64,000 nt of DNA. Origin: an uncultured bacterium. Its GTDB lineage: Bacteria; Desulfobacterota; Binatia; UBA1149; CAITLU01. Each line of letters starts with the position of its first letter. The stretch's first letter is position 1. Made by a program: the position numbers and the translations under genes. The notes beneath the pieces are model-generated. The model had not been told where the DNA came from. It ran no database searches and was given only the letters and a program-made list of their open reading frames with translations. Below are positions 63,663 through 64,000 of this stretch, piece by piece. Where the stretch lies: contig CAITLU010000013.1 in assembly GCA_903893315.1 (NCBI GenBank), positions 155,026 to 219,025 on the forward strand. The letters are read 5' to 3'.

Positions 63663-64000
63663 CTAACCCTTCTTCTTGCCGCGATTCCTGGCCGCGTCGC
63701 CGCGTACCTTTGCAACCTGCGAACGCGCGCGGAAACTTTCGACCCACCCCACGCGCCCGCATTGAGGCTTGTCGTTGTAGGCCAGCGAGCCGGATTCGAC
63801 GTCCTTGGTGATGGTCGAACCCGCGGCAACGTAGCTGTCGTCACCTACTTTCACCGGCGCGACCAGTTGTGTGTCGCTGCCGATCTGCACGCGATTGCCG
63901 ATCACCGTGCGATGCTTCTGCACGCCGTCGTAGTTGCAGGTGATGAGCCCGGCCCCCAGGTTGCTGTCCTCGCCCACCTCGGCGTCGCCGATGTAGCTGA
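63663..64000 (-). CDS. glmU: Bifunctional GlmU (C-terminal acetyltransferase hexapeptide region), 5' part lies beyond the window edge
   Basis: The sequence [50 protein letters not shown] is a left-handed beta-helix ending 4 nt before glmS. This is the classic glmU-glmS pair. Confidence 0.85.
   Translation of the reverse strand, partial: SYIGDAEVGEDSNLGAGLITCNYDGVQKHRTVIGNRVQIGSDTQLVAPVKVGDDSYVAAGSTITKDVESGSLAYNDKPQCGRVGWVESFRARSQVAKVRGDAARNRGKKKG

Overview
This is a high-GC Gram-negative chromosomal segment, about 64 kb, densely coded on both strands. Most of it is conserved housekeeping synteny. Left to right:

- Positions 1..957 carry the 3' end of a sulfatase gene.
- An ORF6N (KilA-N/antirepressor-type) gene overlaps the sulfatase 3' end convergently. 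A degenerate partial second copy and a lower-GC patch lie just downstream.
- A long minus-strand array follows: uvrA, phosphomannomutase, pdxA, surA, mfd, aroQ, a fused aroK-aroB, and an orphan secretin (pilQ-like), then tesB.
- A plus-strand array follows: priA, def, fmt and rsmB.
- The standout region is a roughly 17 kb plus-strand cluster at 23831..40754. It has 12 tightly packed genes, several with ATGA start/stop overlaps. It encodes an inner-membrane FdnI/HydC-like di-heme cytochrome b, seven multiheme c-type cytochromes with about 60 CxxCH sites in total, three NHL beta-propeller proteins (two clear lipoproteins), and a large outer-membrane beta-barrel with a C-terminal Phe. The cytochromes include an 18-heme hexa-c7 polymer, a lipoprotein nona-heme tri-c7, a free tri-heme c7, and tetra-, deca- and dodeca-heme cytochromes. 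One NHL protein carries cysteine-rich tandem repeats and a beta-helix-like tail. My reading is a complete quinol-to-cell-surface extracellular electron transfer (porin-cytochrome type) conduit with unusual NHL partners, most likely an uncharacterised variant.
- Downstream are rpe, tRNA-Pro(CGG), djlA, a sigma-54-driven glnB-glnA pair with a strong terminator, a small heme-binding protein, a serine hydrolase, lspA and ileS.
- A small-protein cluster follows, including two DUF3553-like proteins and a glutaredoxin-like protein.
- The window ends with a PlsC-type acyltransferase, a DEAD-box helicase with an RG-rich tail, thioredoxin-like TlpA, a PagL-like lipid A deacylase, a carboxylesterase, a RibB fused to a cysteine-less GTP cyclohydrolase II domain (RibBX-type), an APC permease, an SCP2 protein, a class-III aminotransferase, a gamma-carbonic anhydrase, glmS, and the 3' end of glmU.

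I found no CRISPR array, transposase or rRNA. All calls rest on reading the provided translations and sequence for motifs. No database searches were run.
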